From Felis catus (Eukaryota): a stretch of DNA of 64,000 bases. The stretch covers positions 207,020,001-207,084,000 of the forward strand of contig NC_058368.1 of the NCBI RefSeq assembly GCF_018350175.1, written 5' to 3'. Below, one piece after another: positions 25,730 through 40,047 of this stretch. The position numbers were made by a program, and so were the translations under genes. Each line of letters begins with the position of its first letter. Within the stretch, counting starts at the first letter, position 1. The notes under the pieces were generated by a model that made no database searches, was not told the origin of the DNA, and saw only the letters and a list, made by a program, of their open reading frames with translations.

Positions 25730-26165
25730 GGGGGTAACACTAGTTTTTGTAATAGATAACTCTCAAATTTTTATTGTCTCAACTTTAGAATTTTATATCT
25801 CACTAGCAAATAATACAGTATGATTGTTCCTGATTGGCAAATAACTGTCCTCCATATGGTAATTCAGGGACCCCAGTTCCTTACCCTTGAAGCTCTGTCA
25901 GTCAGTAAGGCCTTGAAGTCCTCAATAGACCTCAATAGAAGGGAGTACTGGGGATATAATGCATAGGAGTTTTTAATGAACCTAACCTGGGAGTGACACA
26001 TATAATTTATCCTCAGATTCTGGTGGTATGAACTAGCCCTATGGCCACAGATAAAGGCTTGGTAAATACAGTTCAAGAGTAGACAGCTGCTTGCCAGTGA
26101 CAACTCTATACTGTGGAAGGGAGAGCATGAACATGGGCAGACCATTAGCCATCTCAGTCATAGCA
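25730..26165 (-). mobile_element. Old MaLR LTR remnant (MLT1J/K-like)
   Basis: ATTCAGGGACCCCAGTTCCTT, CCTGGGAGTGACACATATAATTT and ACTAGCCCTATGGCC motifs. Confidence 0.5.
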
Positions 26166-27290
26166 CATTCTTGGTTGGCTCTGTTATCCCTCATACTTTG
26201 CCTTTCATATCCAGTACCCACTATCAAGATCTTTATTAGTTCTCTATGATTCTTCCCCAGAAATTCTGCACTGTCTTCATATGAGTGGAGAGAGGTGCAT
26301 GCCCATGGGGTGGTTTGAGACGTGTGGATTACACATATCTCTCCTGTATGACATATTCTTTAACATATCATACAATACATCTGGTTTTCATTCTCATCTC
26401 TCTCCCCAGCATTGCCCCATAGAATGTTAGATTTCTGTATTCTTTAAGTTCAGAAGGCTGGACTCCTCCACGAGAACACTTTCATTCTTATCTGGTAGCT
26501 CCAACAAAGTTACCTTCCCTTCTCTCCTTTCTCCTACTATTTCTCACCTTAATGTAGGTTTCAATTTTCCCCAGATTCTTCCACTTCTTAATTTTTTGTG
26601 TTGCTTTAAATTGTATATCTAATATCAGTTCATCCACTCTGACAAATCAGATTATAATAAAAACATTTCCTTAAGACCTTACCTTTCTTCCTTATGCAGG
26701 GCAGCCAATTTGAATAAACACATAAGATTCAATGACTGCATCAGGCAGGAGACTTTGGAATAATTCCCTGGGCTTCTATGTGGTCAAGCCTGATTTCTCA
26801 ACTATTTCCTGTATGATAACTCTTGGTCAATGACATGCTGCATATAATTGCTAAAAATGCATGTGGGTGGTCAATCCCAGAGTTGGCCATTCTCTGGATT
26901 AAAATAAATGAATTGAGAAAACAATAGTTACAAAATGATTTTGGCTTCCATTTTCTAGGGTAAAAAACACAAAGTAAGGTTGGTTATTATACTGTTTTCT
27001 TGATTGAAGATAAGAAAAATCTTTATTAGGGATTGTGAATTTTATTGGTCTAGATTTTTCTATAAAACTGATCAAAGCTATGGCTCATCACTACCAAATC
27101 CCAATCTTATTCTAATCAAATATTTATAGGTATAGTTGTACATGATTCTTTGTACAACTTCAGGGGATTTCAAGAATTTTGAAATCACCTGAAACAATAT
27201 TTTAGACTTATCTCAAGGATGTATATAGCACAGGGGTCAAGATCATGGCCTCAAAGACTGTCAGCACCAAGCTTTGTGATCTTGAGTTGG

Positions 27291-27527
27291 TTTCTTCTTT
27301 TTTTCTTTTTAAATGTTTATTTATTTATATTGAGAGAGAGAGGGGTGGGGGAGAGAGAGAGAATGAGCTGGGGAGGGGCAGAAAAAGAAGGAGAGAGAAA
27401 ATCCCAAGCAGGCTCTGCACAGACAGCCCAGAGCCCAATGTGGGGCTTGAACTCATCAACTGTGAGATCATGACCTGGGCTGAAATCAAGAGTTGGATGC
27501 TTAACCAACTGAGCCACCCAGGTGCTC
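27291..27527 (-). mobile_element. CAN-SINE
   Basis: Reverse-complement SINE head and GA tract. Confidence 0.93.
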
Positions 27528-27571
27528 TTTGAGTAAGTTCCTTAACCTTGAGATGTCTCAGTATTGTCTTC

Positions 27572-27771
27572 TTTTTTTTAATGTTTGTTTGTTTGTTTGT
27601 TTGTTTGTTTAGAGCAGGGGAGGGACAGAGAGGGAGAGAGAGAATTCCAAGCAGGCTCCACACTGTCAGCACAGAGCCTGAGGTGGGCTCCATCTCATGA
27701 AACCATGAGATCATGACCTGAACCGAAACCCAAGAGTCATATGTTTCACTGACTGAGCCACACAGCGCCCC
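27572..27771 (-). mobile_element. CAN-SINE
   Basis: Reverse-complement SINE with (TTTG)n tail; TSD TGTCTTCTTTT. Confidence 0.92.
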
Positions 27772-29719
27772 TGTCTTCTTTTAAATTAAGTAAAAATAAC
27801 AGACCCTCTCTTATACAATTGTTATGAGGTTTAAATCAGTTAATGTTTCTAAAATAATGCCAGCTACATCGTAAACATCGTATAATTTCTTACTAATTAA
27901 ATAACCTTATAGTAAATTAATTTATCAGTTATTTTTCTTCTTGAGTTCAAGGGCTCAAAATATAGCAGGTCATTGCTATGTTCTTCTTCATCCAAATTCC
28001 TACTTAATGAACTTTTCATGAAGACATTAAAAATTCTATCAGTTATTATACTAGCTAATATGGACTTTCCTATTTTTAAAGTGTCATATCCTTACAGTGA
28101 TATACATTATTTGTAGAATCAATGTGTGAATTAGGCAATAAACAAAACATCATTTAATTGTATTGGAGGAACTATATCCTTATTATTACCACAAATGAAC
28201 TAAAAAATCCAAGAAAAATTCTTCTTTAATAATTGACATATATTTCCCAAGAGATGGATTGATTAATTAGCAGAGAACTTGGTGGCCCCTGGATGTGAAA
28301 GGTAGAGGAGAATATTGCAAAAAAGATTAGAATTTAAAAAAAAGAGAAAAACAGATTGTGCTATAGTTTATTTCCCCTCTAGCTCCAGTCTTGTCTTTCT
28401 CCTCAGTGGCTTTTATTCCCACCTGGTTTTTAGTAGTAAGAACAGAAACATTGTGTCTGTAAACCTGTAAGCAAACCATACTTGCTAATGAGTTTGATTC
28501 TCTCAATTTTTTGTTTTCTTGTCTTTCTCTCTTTTATACTATTAATTTTTCATTTAACCTTTACTGCACTAAAATGTAAAGTTTATTTATTTTTCTTTCC
28601 TTGCAAGTAGAAGGAGTATGGATGCACATGTGTCTGTGTGCGTGTGTTGGCTCAGGGGAATGTCTCAAAATACAACTTATAACCAGGAGGTGAAAGAAAA
28701 CTTCCACACAGAGTGCAGTGAATTATAGAAATGAGCTGTAGAACTTGCTGAGCTAAAATAGAAGCAGTTCACAGGTAAAAACTAGAAAATTCTCATTCCT
28801 CTGAGAGGAAAAAACTCTCCTGATCTTCAAGTATTTTAGTTTATGGGGGGAAAAACTCTATCTTGAATTAGCCATTTTAATACTCCACATCTTAACTCAA
28901 AGTATCACAATTCTGCTGAAAAACACAGTTCCCCTTTTTGCACTGGCCATTTAAGCAAGCTAGTTCCTTCTACAATTAGGAAAAGGAGTCAAGGTTGGAT
29001 ATTGCACTGGTGTTCTGTCTTTAATGTTTCTGTGAGTCTTACTTAGTGGCTTCTATTTTGTAAGTGATGATTTCCAGAACTTCATCTGTTCCTGTCCAAG
29101 TAGAAGGTGATTTTAGCCTCACTAAATTGCTATCACATTTGTTCTGAAAACAGTTTAAACCAGAATCTTGAGAAAAACATATTTTATCGCCATTGACATT
29201 CAACAAAATTAATTAAATCAGAAGCACATTTTTGGCTATAATAATGTCTTCCCGACAAATGAAATAGACATGAATTTAGTATTAAATAAATGCTCTTTTA
29301 AAATAAAGGTTTAACAACATTTTGTTTGTTGTCAACTTTTTAATGATCCAAAGGCTGTTTTAAACATGTATTATCATTTCCCATAGGAAAACTGGAGTCA
29401 TCTGATAGGCTCTGTGGAGAACAAAGCACTGGGTGTGTGACATAAGAGATCCAGATCTTTCTTCCCAGTAAATCTTGGCTCTATAAACAGAAGTCAAAAG
29501 ATAATCCACTTATCCCTTTGCCAAAGAGGGTCAAAAGTGAGCCACACTTAAGACTTAAAGCAATGCCACTCTACGTGGAGGAGGGCCCAGTCTCCCCCTT
29601 GCTCCTCATAATGATTTTTTGCCATTCTCCTTTTTCACTATATACATGGACAACAAATACAAAAGAAAAGAAAAAAAAAAATACAACCCACCCACCAAAA
29701 GAAAGCAGTTTGAATCTCT

Positions 29720-31250
29720 TGTCATCAGATTGAATTCCTCTCAATCCTTTAATCTTGTCTTTCACCCTATTTTAGACAATCCCTCCTCTGGTCATATTCT
29801 AAAGCCAGTCATGACCAATAAATACAACGCATTATAATTATAATTTCAATTTCACTCATCCTACACTCTGACAACCTTCTCCTAAATTTTCAACTTATAA
29901 CCTCAAACTTTTCAACCCCTTCGCATGCTTCATTGATATATTATCGGTTTCAATATTCTTCATCCACTTGATACACTCTTGCTTTCCTTAGCAAGCTTAA
30001 GTTCCATGGTCAGTCACTATAATTAGTCTCTGGCACATACTTTTGACTCCAGGATTACTCTTTGTCTTTGCCTTACACACTTGGCAAAACCAAAACCCTG
30101 GTTCAGTCCAACTCTCAGCCCCCTTGTGCCAGCCCCTGTGTAGCTTATTCTTGTGGAGAAATATACAACCATGATAAGCTTGTTCCACTTGACATTCATG
30201 AGCATGAAACTCACAGTGAGCCCTTAATATTTTCACAAAATCATTTTAGTGTCCCCTAATCATGTCAATATCTTATTCTCTTCAAGGACTATTTCATATC
30301 CTCTCATTTCTCTAGAAACTCCCAAGACCTTTTCCCCTATTCTCACTCTCAGCTGATGGTTTTACTTCTTACCTACCTGAGAAAATTGAAGCAAACCATA
30401 TCTACCCTCTAACTGCCATCTGTCCCCACAGGCTCAGCCTTCTGATTGATAAACTACCACTAAGCCTACTTAAGCCACTTCTCACCATCTCCATTGCTGC
30501 CATCATCAGTTACCTGAGCCATCATCATATGGAGTCTAACCAGTCCTCCTATCTCCCTGCTTTTATCTTTGCCTGCCACACTTAGTCTTGTTACTAAGTG
30601 ATCCTTTCAATAGCTAAGTCAAATCATGGAACTCCCCTGCTCAGATCCTTTCAATGGCTCCTCATTCCATTCATTAAAATCGCCTACAAGCCACTGTAAG
30701 AGAATATAGAGTCAGAATACAGAGGGCTCAGAGAATTCAGAGAATGCAGAGGGCTCAGAGAACAGCCCCTATTACCAGCCACCCCATTATCTTTGTCCTT
30801 TGATCACTCCTTTCCAGACCCCCTTTCCTTCTTTTTGTTTCTGGAACACTAGAGGGACTTTCCAACATTAGGGTTTTGTATGTAGTTTGCCCTCTGTGTG
30901 AACTGACCTTCCTTCATACATGTACATGGCTCACTCTCTCACCTTCTTCAAGTGTTTTGCAAATGCCCTCTTCTCACTGGGATCTTCGATGACCATGTTA
31001 TTCAAATTACATTTCTATGCCCCTCAGCATTCTCCACACTTTTAAGTTGCTCTAGCTTTATAGTAGTCACTGAATTCTAACATACTATTTAATGTATGTG
31101 TCATGTTCATTGCTTATTTATGCTTTCTGCCTGCTAGAATATAAGTTCCATGGGAAAGATGTCATTGGTTTCCTCTATAGATGGATTTAAAGTGCTAAGA
31201 GAACTGTGCTGGCTCAGAGTAGACATTCGTATATGTTGGATAAATGATGA
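29720..31250 (+). mobile_element. LINE-2 remnant including 3' end
   Basis: C/T-rich L2 ORF-like DNA (GGCAAAACCAAAACCCTGG; TCCTTTCAATGGCTCCTCAT) and 3' end CTAGAATATAAGTTCCATG..GTGCTGGCTCAGAGTAG..ATATGTTGGATAAATGA. Confidence 0.8.
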
Positions 31251-33633
31251 CTATTCATAAAGATTTGATACTGGCATTTATGAATGAATTTCAGTGTCAA
31301 ATTTCTAGATCTATATATTTGATGGAAATATTTAAAAGCCTTTAAATTAGGAAAATATAAATTATATGCAAGATCTCATGTACACATACACTCATAAATA
31401 CATGAACCAAAAAAATTCAGTGAAGAACTTCTTTCATTTCCACAAACTAATAGACTATTAAGCCTAAGAGAGAGGACAGCCCTTTCACTTAAGCCCTCTG
31501 AATAATGTCTTCGTCTTTAACTAAATCATTCTTTTGTGGAACTGGCCATAAGGGCACTTAACTTGGAGAAGTGAAATAGTTTATATGATTTTGCATCTTC
31601 TATACTGGGCTTCCAGGTGGCAGGTGTAGGTAAGACATGCCAATATAACACGACATGACAAATCTTCTGCTGAGGAAGTGCAGTTAGAAAAATAATGGCC
31701 TTAAATAAAAGTCACCAATCCCCTATTTTAGTCTCTTGGTACACATGTAGTATTAAAATTATAAATTCTAAAATATTTGATAACATTGTAGACAAGAGTT
31801 TGAAGAAAAATATAAACTCTCACAAAAAATTAGGACTTCTTAATCTCTCCCTCATGAATAGTTTGGGCAATGTGACAAAAATAAAGATTCAATTACAAAA
31901 ATGCTATTTTGAAATCAAATTTGGCCTACATTTTGATATTTGTAGGAATGCTGCATGTCTTATTCCCTGTAATTATGTGGTTGGGTTAGATCTTAAAATT
32001 AAGTGAAGTATTTAAAGTTGACGTATCAATGGAGAAACATGCCCCGGGGCAGGATGGGGGGGGGGGGAGTGTGCAATAAGAAAACATACTTTTCTACCTT
32101 TAGAAAATTTGACTTAGAGATTTGGGACCACAGATCTTACTATGATGGTGAAAGTTTCAAAGGTTTTAGTCAGACTGAGGTAGAATTTTTAAAGGAATTC
32201 TTTTTAACTATAGTACTTGACTCAGTTTACAACCATGAATTCCAGAACCATGCCCAGGGCCTGAGCCAGAGTCTAAGCTTTCTTCTCTCAGTTTTAAACA
32301 AACCAATCAGCCCAGCCCTGAGAGTTGGCAATAGAACAAAGTGGAGGATAAACTGCTTTTAAATAATGGTACTTTATTGAAGTCTCCAACTGTCCTTGGA
32401 CACTTCTTTAGTGCATTTTATAATTATGGAAGTTCATGAGGTCCAAGCACCACTGGACTCAAAGTAATCCAAACATAATGATTGCACCACAGTACCATTG
32501 GCAGGTGCCAAGAGCGGCAGGTCCATGTTTTAATCACTGGGCCCCTGCCTGAGATTCTGGCCCCACTCTCCACACATAAGCCATGGCCAGACAGGGAACA
32601 GGAAGGGGCCAAAGTTCACAGCTGAAAGTCTCACCCCTCTCCACATGTTCTTTAATCAAGGAAGAGAGGTAAAGGGTAGGCACAAAAAGAAAGTTGAAAG
32701 GAAGAGACAGGACAAAATAGAATAGGGGAAAAGTGAAGAAATAATAAACATGTATTATCTGCACAGAAGTGAGTTAAAATTCTCCAGAAAGACCCAGCAT
32801 ACCTCTTCAAGCCATTTCATCCATCATAGTCATCCTGAGGCAGCTATTTGAATCTAATAGAAAGTAGGTTCCAATATGAATATACAGAACTATTTGTCAA
32901 GTATTTGGGTATGAAAGACTTATCTCCCCTTCAAGGCACTTCCTCGTTCTCTGGCTGATCCTAAGAAGAACACCAGGATTTGGAAAGGAGAGTCACAAAG
33001 AATAATACAAAAATAAAAAGTGACAAAGACATATAGGTTGAGGTTGTAGTAATAGGGCCAAAGTCAAATATTCAAATTCAAATTTTTTTCTCATGTTTGG
33101 GACATTTGGAAAAAATCAAAATTTTGTTAAGAGTTTTTCCTCTGAATTGACACTTTTTTTTTTTTGCATTGGAATATTTTACTTAAATTTGTTTCTGTAT
33201 CCAATAAGATTTATTTTCCTTTTTTTAAATTATAAATTGACTGTCAACCTTAAAATTATGGATTTTACCCCTGAGATAATGAGATTTAATCACATATTTT
33301 TTTGAAATTTAGTAACAAAGTAAAAAAAATGTAAAAACTCATGAAGTCTAATTAATCTTTAGAGAAATATACATGTAACTTTCTTGGAAAATGGGGCTAA
33401 GGTAAACCAAGTTACTCTTAAGATGTTTATTTCCTTTTGTTTTCCCAATGTTCAGATTGTTCAAAATAGAGTTACATTATAGACTTGGACACAAATTATT
33501 TTAGATTTGTGCTGCTTAAACAGTTGAAGGAGCCCTTAGCAATATTGATAATGAGAAACAGGACTAAACTAAAATGTAGGAAATTGAAATATGATATTAT
33601 TAAAAATATTTCTATAAAAATAATAATGATTCT

Positions 33634-33853
33634 GGGGCGCCTGGGTGGCGCAGTCGGTTAAGCATCCGACTTCAGCCCGGTCACGATCTTGCGGTCCGTG
33701 AGTTCGAGCCCCGCGTCAGGCTCTGGGCTGATGGCTCCGAGCCTGGAGCCTGTTTCCGATTCTGTGTCTCCCTCTCTCTCTGCCCCTCCCCCGTTCATGC
33801 TCTGTCTCTCTCTGTCCCAAAAATAAAATAAACGTTGAAAAAAAAATTAAAAA
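33634..33853 (+). mobile_element. Young felid CAN-SINE (SINEC_Fc-like)
   Basis: Near-identical to 218-441; perfect TSD AAAAATAATAATGATTCT. Confidence 0.97.
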
Positions 33854-34754
33854 AAAAATAATAATGATTCTGACATATCTAAGAAAGCATTTGTAAAGGT
33901 CAATAATGTTATTTAAATAATGTTCAGAATAAACCATGATTAAGGGAAAAATCTTTGTCTTCAAATATTTCCTGCTAGAGAAGGAACAATGCACTGGGCA
34001 TGGCTCTGGGACCCATGATATCTATATGATCTATAAAACAAGAAGGTTGGATGATAATCTTTGGGATCCTTTTCCCCCTTTGAGCCTCTATTTTTTAAGT
34101 TTAAGGAAGAAATGGAAAAGGCTAGGGGCAGGAGTTACCTTCTATATGGGTGTTTCCTTTGAAGGAAAGTGAAGCTCAGAGAGTTTAGAGTTTAATCACA
34201 GTGAATTTGGCTCAGGCCTTCTATTCAAGTCCAGATGAATTACTATATGGAATACCATTACTGTGTCCCTTCTCTTATTTTTAAGTTACATTTTGTTTTC
34301 CTCGCAGAGACAAGTAGTGAACTGATCAAGAAGTTAAGAAGCCTTGTACTGCATGTTGTTCTTTGACGAGGACTCTCTGTCAGGCTCCTCTTTGTCCATC
34401 TTTGATGTCTAACCAAGTTCCCTTTACTCATTTTCCATCTTCTCCTTCACCCTGTCCCCTGGCTATGAATCTGCACTGGTCTCTACTGTATTCAGAGTTT
34501 AATTCAATCTCTATCCGTTATTACAATAGTTTTGAACTTTATTGTCATTGTCTTGAGCAATGTCTTCCTTGACATTTGTAACACGTGTCTGGTATATAAT
34601 TTTTCTTTAACATTATTAAACAAAGAGTAAACCAGAAAAGCTCCGGCAATGCCAGAGTGTCTCTCTTTCATCTCTTCTAGAAAAGCAGAGGCACTAGGAA
34701 AAATGAGCCTGAATCTGTTCCTTCCCATGCAGAGGGAAGGAGAGGAGTAGAAAA

Positions 34755-34915
34755 ATGAGGATCATGAACTCTGGAGCCAGACACATCAGAAATCAAATTC
34801 TATTAACTGGTGTTTAGTGGCTGTATGACTTTGGACAAATCTTCGTTTTCTCATCTATCAAATGGCCATAATCATAACACCTACCTCAAAGATCATTATG
34901 GGGATTGAAATAAAT
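34755..34915 (+). mobile_element. MIR SINE
   Basis: CTCTGGAGCCAGAC..GCTGTATGACTTTGGACAAAT..CTCATCTATCAAATGG..ACCTACCTCA. Confidence 0.75.
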
Positions 34916-34968
34916 ATTAACCTCTTATTGTTACTTTATAAGTTTTCAATCAATATTAATAATAATCA

Positions 34969-35067
34969 GGGATGCCTGGGTGGCTCTACTGGAGTCTGCT
35001 TAGGATTCTCTCTGCTCCTCCCTGCTCTCTCTCTTTCTCTCTCAAAATAAATACATAAATTAAAAAA
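34969..35067 (+). mobile_element. Internally deleted CAN-SINE
   Basis: Head GGGATGCCTGGGTGGCTC joined almost directly to TGGAGTCTGCTTAGGATTCTCTC, CT tract and tail; TSD ~TAATAATCA. Confidence 0.8.
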
Positions 35068-36679
35068 GTAATAATCACAAAACCTTTCTCAGAGGAGGGT
35101 ATCACTCCTACTGACCATCAGGCCCTCATTCTAGCCCAGCTTAGACTTGCAAGAACCAGACGGCCTAAAAGAATGATGCGTGATTGGCAAAACTGAACTC
35201 TGGGTTAAGACTAGTTTTGAAAGCTGTATTTATGTTCTGACCCACTGAGGTTGGCACTATCTCTAAGGTAGCAGACTTTTCAACATATTGCTGCTCACTT
35301 GAAGAGATATGACTCAATAAGATGGTAAAGAGGGACGTTCTGGATACTCTGCGTACCCTGCATCCATAGTGAAATGCTCTGTCTCAGGAATAAATGAAGC
35401 ATTTATAAAAATCTCTTAGACACTAGAGAATCTGAAGCACAAAGACAAGAAGTTAGGTATGCAGCAAATAAACGGAGACAAAATTTCAAGTAGAGAAAGG
35501 GGCTAAGTTAATTTAGCATGTTCCAGGCACTGCCTAAGCTTTATGTGTTTCCATGGTATTTACCAGACCGCAAACATGGCCACTGTAGTGACAATTAGAG
35601 AAATGCTATTTTTGAACTCTTTATTTTCTCTGTCAACGTGGAAATATTTTTCTCTCAAAGATCCAATACTTAATGAAACCTCTCAAGATTTTTTCCATTA
35701 TCTTTATACCACAATAAAGTTACAGCCACGAATGTGGGAGGTGGGTAGTACAAACCGCAAAGAAATATTGATAAGGCATTTTAAGCCCTGAAAGATTTTT
35801 TAAAACATTACACCCTATTCTATGGGCCAGGGCATTCATGAACCTCTAATATTATTTTTTTTTCTGGGCTGGGTTTGTGGAAAATACGAATACTTTGGAG
35901 CTCACATTTGAGAGTGTAAAGAAAGAAATCAGAGCCCCTACTCTCTACTTTTTCCTTTATAGTAGAATAAAGCAGGCAAAGGGATATTTAGTCTTGACTC
36001 ACCTTAGCATCACAGAAATTTAGCAATTCTTGCACCTTCTTTTTAAGTGGTCAGAATATTAGGCCTGGAGATGTAATTCACTGTGACATGCTTAAAATCT
36101 GAAAACATTCACTTGGACAATCATACAGTCAGGGTTTACAGGAATGGCTGTCCAAAAAAACGTCTCTAATGAAACATGCTGTTGCAGCTTAGTAGGTAAT
36201 TACCAATATTTTTATCTACAAGTCACAAAAAATTGAAAGAGTTGCTCAAGTTATAGTATCAGTTTTAGGGTAATGGTATAGAGCAGGAAGAAAAGGCAAC
36301 ACATTCCTCATTAACAGCTTCTGTGTTGTGATAGAGTGTTAATAATTGTGTATCATGTGCCTTCCTTTAACTGATTAAGTACTGTTGTGTGCAAAGGGTA
36401 TGTTAGGGCTGTAGCTTTGGGGTGAAAGAAAAAAAAATAAACGAGCTGACACAGAAAGTTTGTTCAAATATAATGGGAAAGAAATCATGTTACTAAGAAA
36501 AGATTAGGACTGAACACTCCTTCTGTCTATCCGCCTTATCTTAGATTATTTTTTTTCATCATATATCTTATGAAGTGTTTCTCCATTTCCAGTCATGTTT
36601 AGAATACATGGACTGAACATATATAATAGGCATGTGAAAAACATTTTGCTAGAGGTTTCCTTAGCAGCTTGTAGCTGAG

Positions 36680-37650
36680 CATGCAAAACCCATCCATTTG
36701 TTGCACAATTTGCTGACAGTGTACCGTGCACTTGCTGTGTTGCCAAATACAGACCACCCAAAAGTGATGCACAACCATACAGTGCTCTGGTCGAGTTTAC
36801 AGCCTAGGGACTGAGAAATGCACGAAATAAGAAAACACACAAAACATTATCTAATTGTATACTATAATAAATGCTTGGAGAACAGAAAGCAAGGAGTGGT
36901 TCAAGAGACTAACAATGGAAGATACATTAAGTTGTCAGGAAAGACTTCATTCAATAAGAGATATATGAAGACAGGGGTGCCTGGGTGGCTCAGTTGGTTA
37001 CATGTCCGACTTCCGCTTAGGTCATGATCTCACAGCTTGTGAGTTCGAGCCCCATGTCAGGCCCTGTGCTGACAGCTCAGAGCTTGGAGTCCGCTTCAGA
37101 TTCTCTGTCTCCCTTTCTCTCTACTCCTCCCCTGCTCATGCTCTCTCTCTCTCCTTCAAAATAAACATTAAACAAATTTTTTAAAAAGAAGGATATATGA
37201 AGACAAAAAGCAAAGAGAGGAAGCTATAGCACTCCAGGCAAGGGGAAAAACAAACAGGTGTAAAAAGTCCTGAGGAGAGAAAGTGCTAGAAGAAGGCCAG
37301 TATGGCTAAAGTGCACAGACCATGAAGGAGCTAGACAAAGGATGAAAGTGGAGAGGGAGCTGAGACCAAGTCATGCAGGGTCTTGTAGACCACAGCAAGA
37401 ATTCTGAATGAACTGAATGCAAGAGAGTAACAAAACCCAATTCATATTTTTGAAAGATCTTTCCATTTTCTATGTGAAAACTGCACTGAAGGGGAGCATG
37501 GTTGTAAGTAAGGGAAATGTTTGCAATGCTTGTGTAGAGGTATAGCAAAGCAAAGGGGATCACGAGAGGAGCAATAGAAAAAGAATGAAAACTGATTTGA
37601 GATAGACTTGGTCAGGCTTGACATTATACTTAATGTGGGAGATGAGGAAA
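36680..37650 (-). mobile_element. LINE-2 remnant interrupted by a SINE
   Basis: AAGGCCAGTATGGCT..CAAGTCATGCAGGGTCTTGTAGACCACAGCAAG..TTTTTGAAAGATC are antisense L2 motifs. Confidence 0.7.
36974..37188 (+). mobile_element. CAN-SINE
   Basis: Full SINE; TSD GATATATGAAGACA. Confidence 0.95.
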
Positions 37651-37708
37651 AGAGAAGGTTTAAAAGTGCTCAATAAAAACATAAACGGTCAAAATAATTC
37701 TATAATGC

Positions 37709-37791
37709 TATATATATATATATATGTATATATATTCATATATATATCAGTACATACATGAATACACACACACACACACACACACACACAC
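37709..37791. repeat. (TA)n and (CA)n compound microsatellite
   Basis: Read directly. Confidence 0.9.
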
Positions 37792-37849
37792 TGATGGTAC
37801 TTTGGTTAACACGGAATACGCATTAGAACTCAGCAAAAATACTCTTATG

Positions 37850-38560
37850 ACATGCATTCTTATATTCTTATATTCTAATATCTTATATTCTTATATTAAA
37901 AGAAAAAACCATAAACAGATATTAAACACTAGTTAATTATGTATGCTGAAGTATTTAAGGAAAAGTGTACTGATGTCTGCAATTTATTTTGAAATACTTC
38001 ATAAAACAAGATGGATTGATGGAAAGAAGGAAGAACCAGGTGAATAGATACAGTATATGATAAAATAGGCAGAGAAAATATCAATGATATTGCCAGTCAT
38101 ACAGTTGGTGATAATGGTACCTTTGGAGAGGTGTTTGGAAATATGTATCAAAAACATTAAAAAATGTAGAGTTCTTTGACCTAGTGTCTAATTCAATACA
38201 TATGTATTATTAAATAATCAGAAATTCACACATTTATTATGTAATTTTTTAAGATAGTGAAAATAAAGGTTGATAAATAAGGACATGGATTAAGTATATT
38301 TTAGTACATCTATATGACTAAATTCTTTATCCTCAGTATCATTCTGTGGGAGAAAAATTAAAGCAACTGTGAAAAAAAATTCAAAATAAATGCCCAAGTG
38401 AAAAAAGTAAATTTGTAATATGGGATCCATATAGTATTTGAAATGTTAGATATTTTGCCAAAATGTTACCAACTACGTTGTTTTTATCTTTACATTTTCT
38501 ATATTTTCCACATGTTCTGCAATATTGAATATATTTTACTTCCTTAATAAAAACAAAACT
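37850..38560 (+). mobile_element. Old L1M 3' remnants
   Basis: ATGCTGAAGTATTTAAGGAAAAGTGTACTGATGTCTGCAATTTATTTTGAAAT resembles the L1 3' UTR also seen at ~61960-62010. Confidence 0.65.
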
Positions 38561-39493
38561 GTAATTTTAAAAGAATTTTACCCTAAGTTATTTAAAATTA
38601 ACTTAGATACCAAGATGAGCAATATTTATCTGTTGTAGGGTAAGACTAAAATGTAAAAGTAGATTATGGCTTAGAATTTATAAAATGTAATCAGAATATT
38701 ATATGGGAACTTTGTTAATTTTTGGCTACATTGAACTCTTAATTATATGTAGTATGGAGAAGCAAACAGTCTCCATGAGGTTTTAGAAATGGCCAAGAGG
38801 AGTTGGGGCCAGAAAAAGAAGCCAAGAAGATTGTTGGCTGACATTTAAAATCTCAAAGCAAAGACAGGAAAATCACTATTTACGTAGGACAAGCCTTGAT
38901 GTGTCTGGAGAAAATTGTTTATAGTTTGTTTTGCGATGGCGTTGGGGTTTTGTGTTTTTGTTTCTTTTCGTTTTGGTTTTGGGTTTTTTGGTTAAGGTAA
39001 CGGAAGATCTATGACCCACTGACCTTCTTATACCACTAGGTTAACCTTTGATTTAAAAAATGGTGGATTCTTTCCCTGGGGCTAACATAGCCCTTCTAAA
39101 TCTCAGGCTTTCTGGAATTTTTGTCAGGAACCTCAAAAGTCTCTCATGATAGTCTTTAGAGTGAGTGGTGAAAAATGCAAATTAGGTGAGTTCTGTAAGA
39201 CTGTTTTCTGGATAGTTAGCCACCCTCACCCCAGCCACCTGCTTCCCCTCCAGGAAAAAAAAATCCACAAACCAAAGAACATTAAATTATCTATTGATTG
39301 ACATCAAGCCGGATAGTTCTCAAATTTATGTTTAGTCCTGTGCTAGTTGATGTCTTTGTAGATAATTTTAATGAATATCAAAATAAGTTAAAATCTTAAA
39401 AGAAAAGACTGATTGGCAAGACATTCAATAATAGAATGAATGTCTAGAGATTAACACAGTTTGGAGTGATGATATGAACTGAGATTAAAAGCA

Positions 39494-39630
39494 GGGGTGC
39501 CTGAGTGGCTCAGCCAGTTAAGTGTTGGATTTTTAATCTCAGCTCGGTTTTTAATCTCAAGATTGTGAGTTCAAAGCCTGCATTTGGCTCCACGAGGGGC
39601 ATGAAGCCTACTTAAAAGAATAAAAATAAT
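39494..39630 (+). mobile_element. Short CAN-SINE variant without CT tract
   Basis: GGGGTGCCTGAGTGGCTCAG..GTGAGTTCAAAGCC..CATGAAGCCTACTTAAAAG and A tail. Confidence 0.8.
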
Positions 39631-39826
39631 CAACAAACAGAGATGAAATATAAAATAAATAAGTGGGAAGTTATCTATTTTCATTGCAAATATCAACTGC
39701 ATGTGACCAGGGTTGGAGACTATTGGTTTAAGCGTTTGTATATAAAATCCAAAGATAGGTGACTGACTGAAATCTCATTATTTGCCAGCATCAAGATTCA
39801 GTTGCCCAAAAAAGCTTATCCATTTC

Positions 39827-40012
39827 AATATGATCCATAGGTCTAGATAATTTTAATGTGATCTATGGGTCTAGATTAACTATTCTGTCCTTAGCATATT
39901 ATAATTAGGAATATTGTTTAATAGGATCCATGGGTCTAGATCATTTTAATGTTATCTATGGGTCTAGATTAACTATTCTGTTCGTAGCATATTACAACTA
40001 GGAATATTGTTT
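39827..40012. repeat. 93-bp imperfect tandem duplication
   Basis: GATCCAT starts at 39832 and 39925; the units align with few mismatches. Confidence 0.9.
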
Positions 40013-40047
40013 TCCACTCTTGTCACATTTTAAAATTAACTTAGACT

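Larger units (their letters stand above)
27235..27895 (+). mobile_element. MIR SINE split by two CAN-SINEs
   Basis: TTGTGATCTTGAG | TAAGTTCCTTAACCT..CTCAGT | TTGTTATGAGGTTTAAAT reassemble into a MIR core. Confidence 0.6.

Noticed and set aside
30714..30762. 22-bp direct repeat AGAAT(A/G)CAGAGGGCTCAGAGAA
   Set aside because: Simple local duplication within an L2 remnant with no further structure
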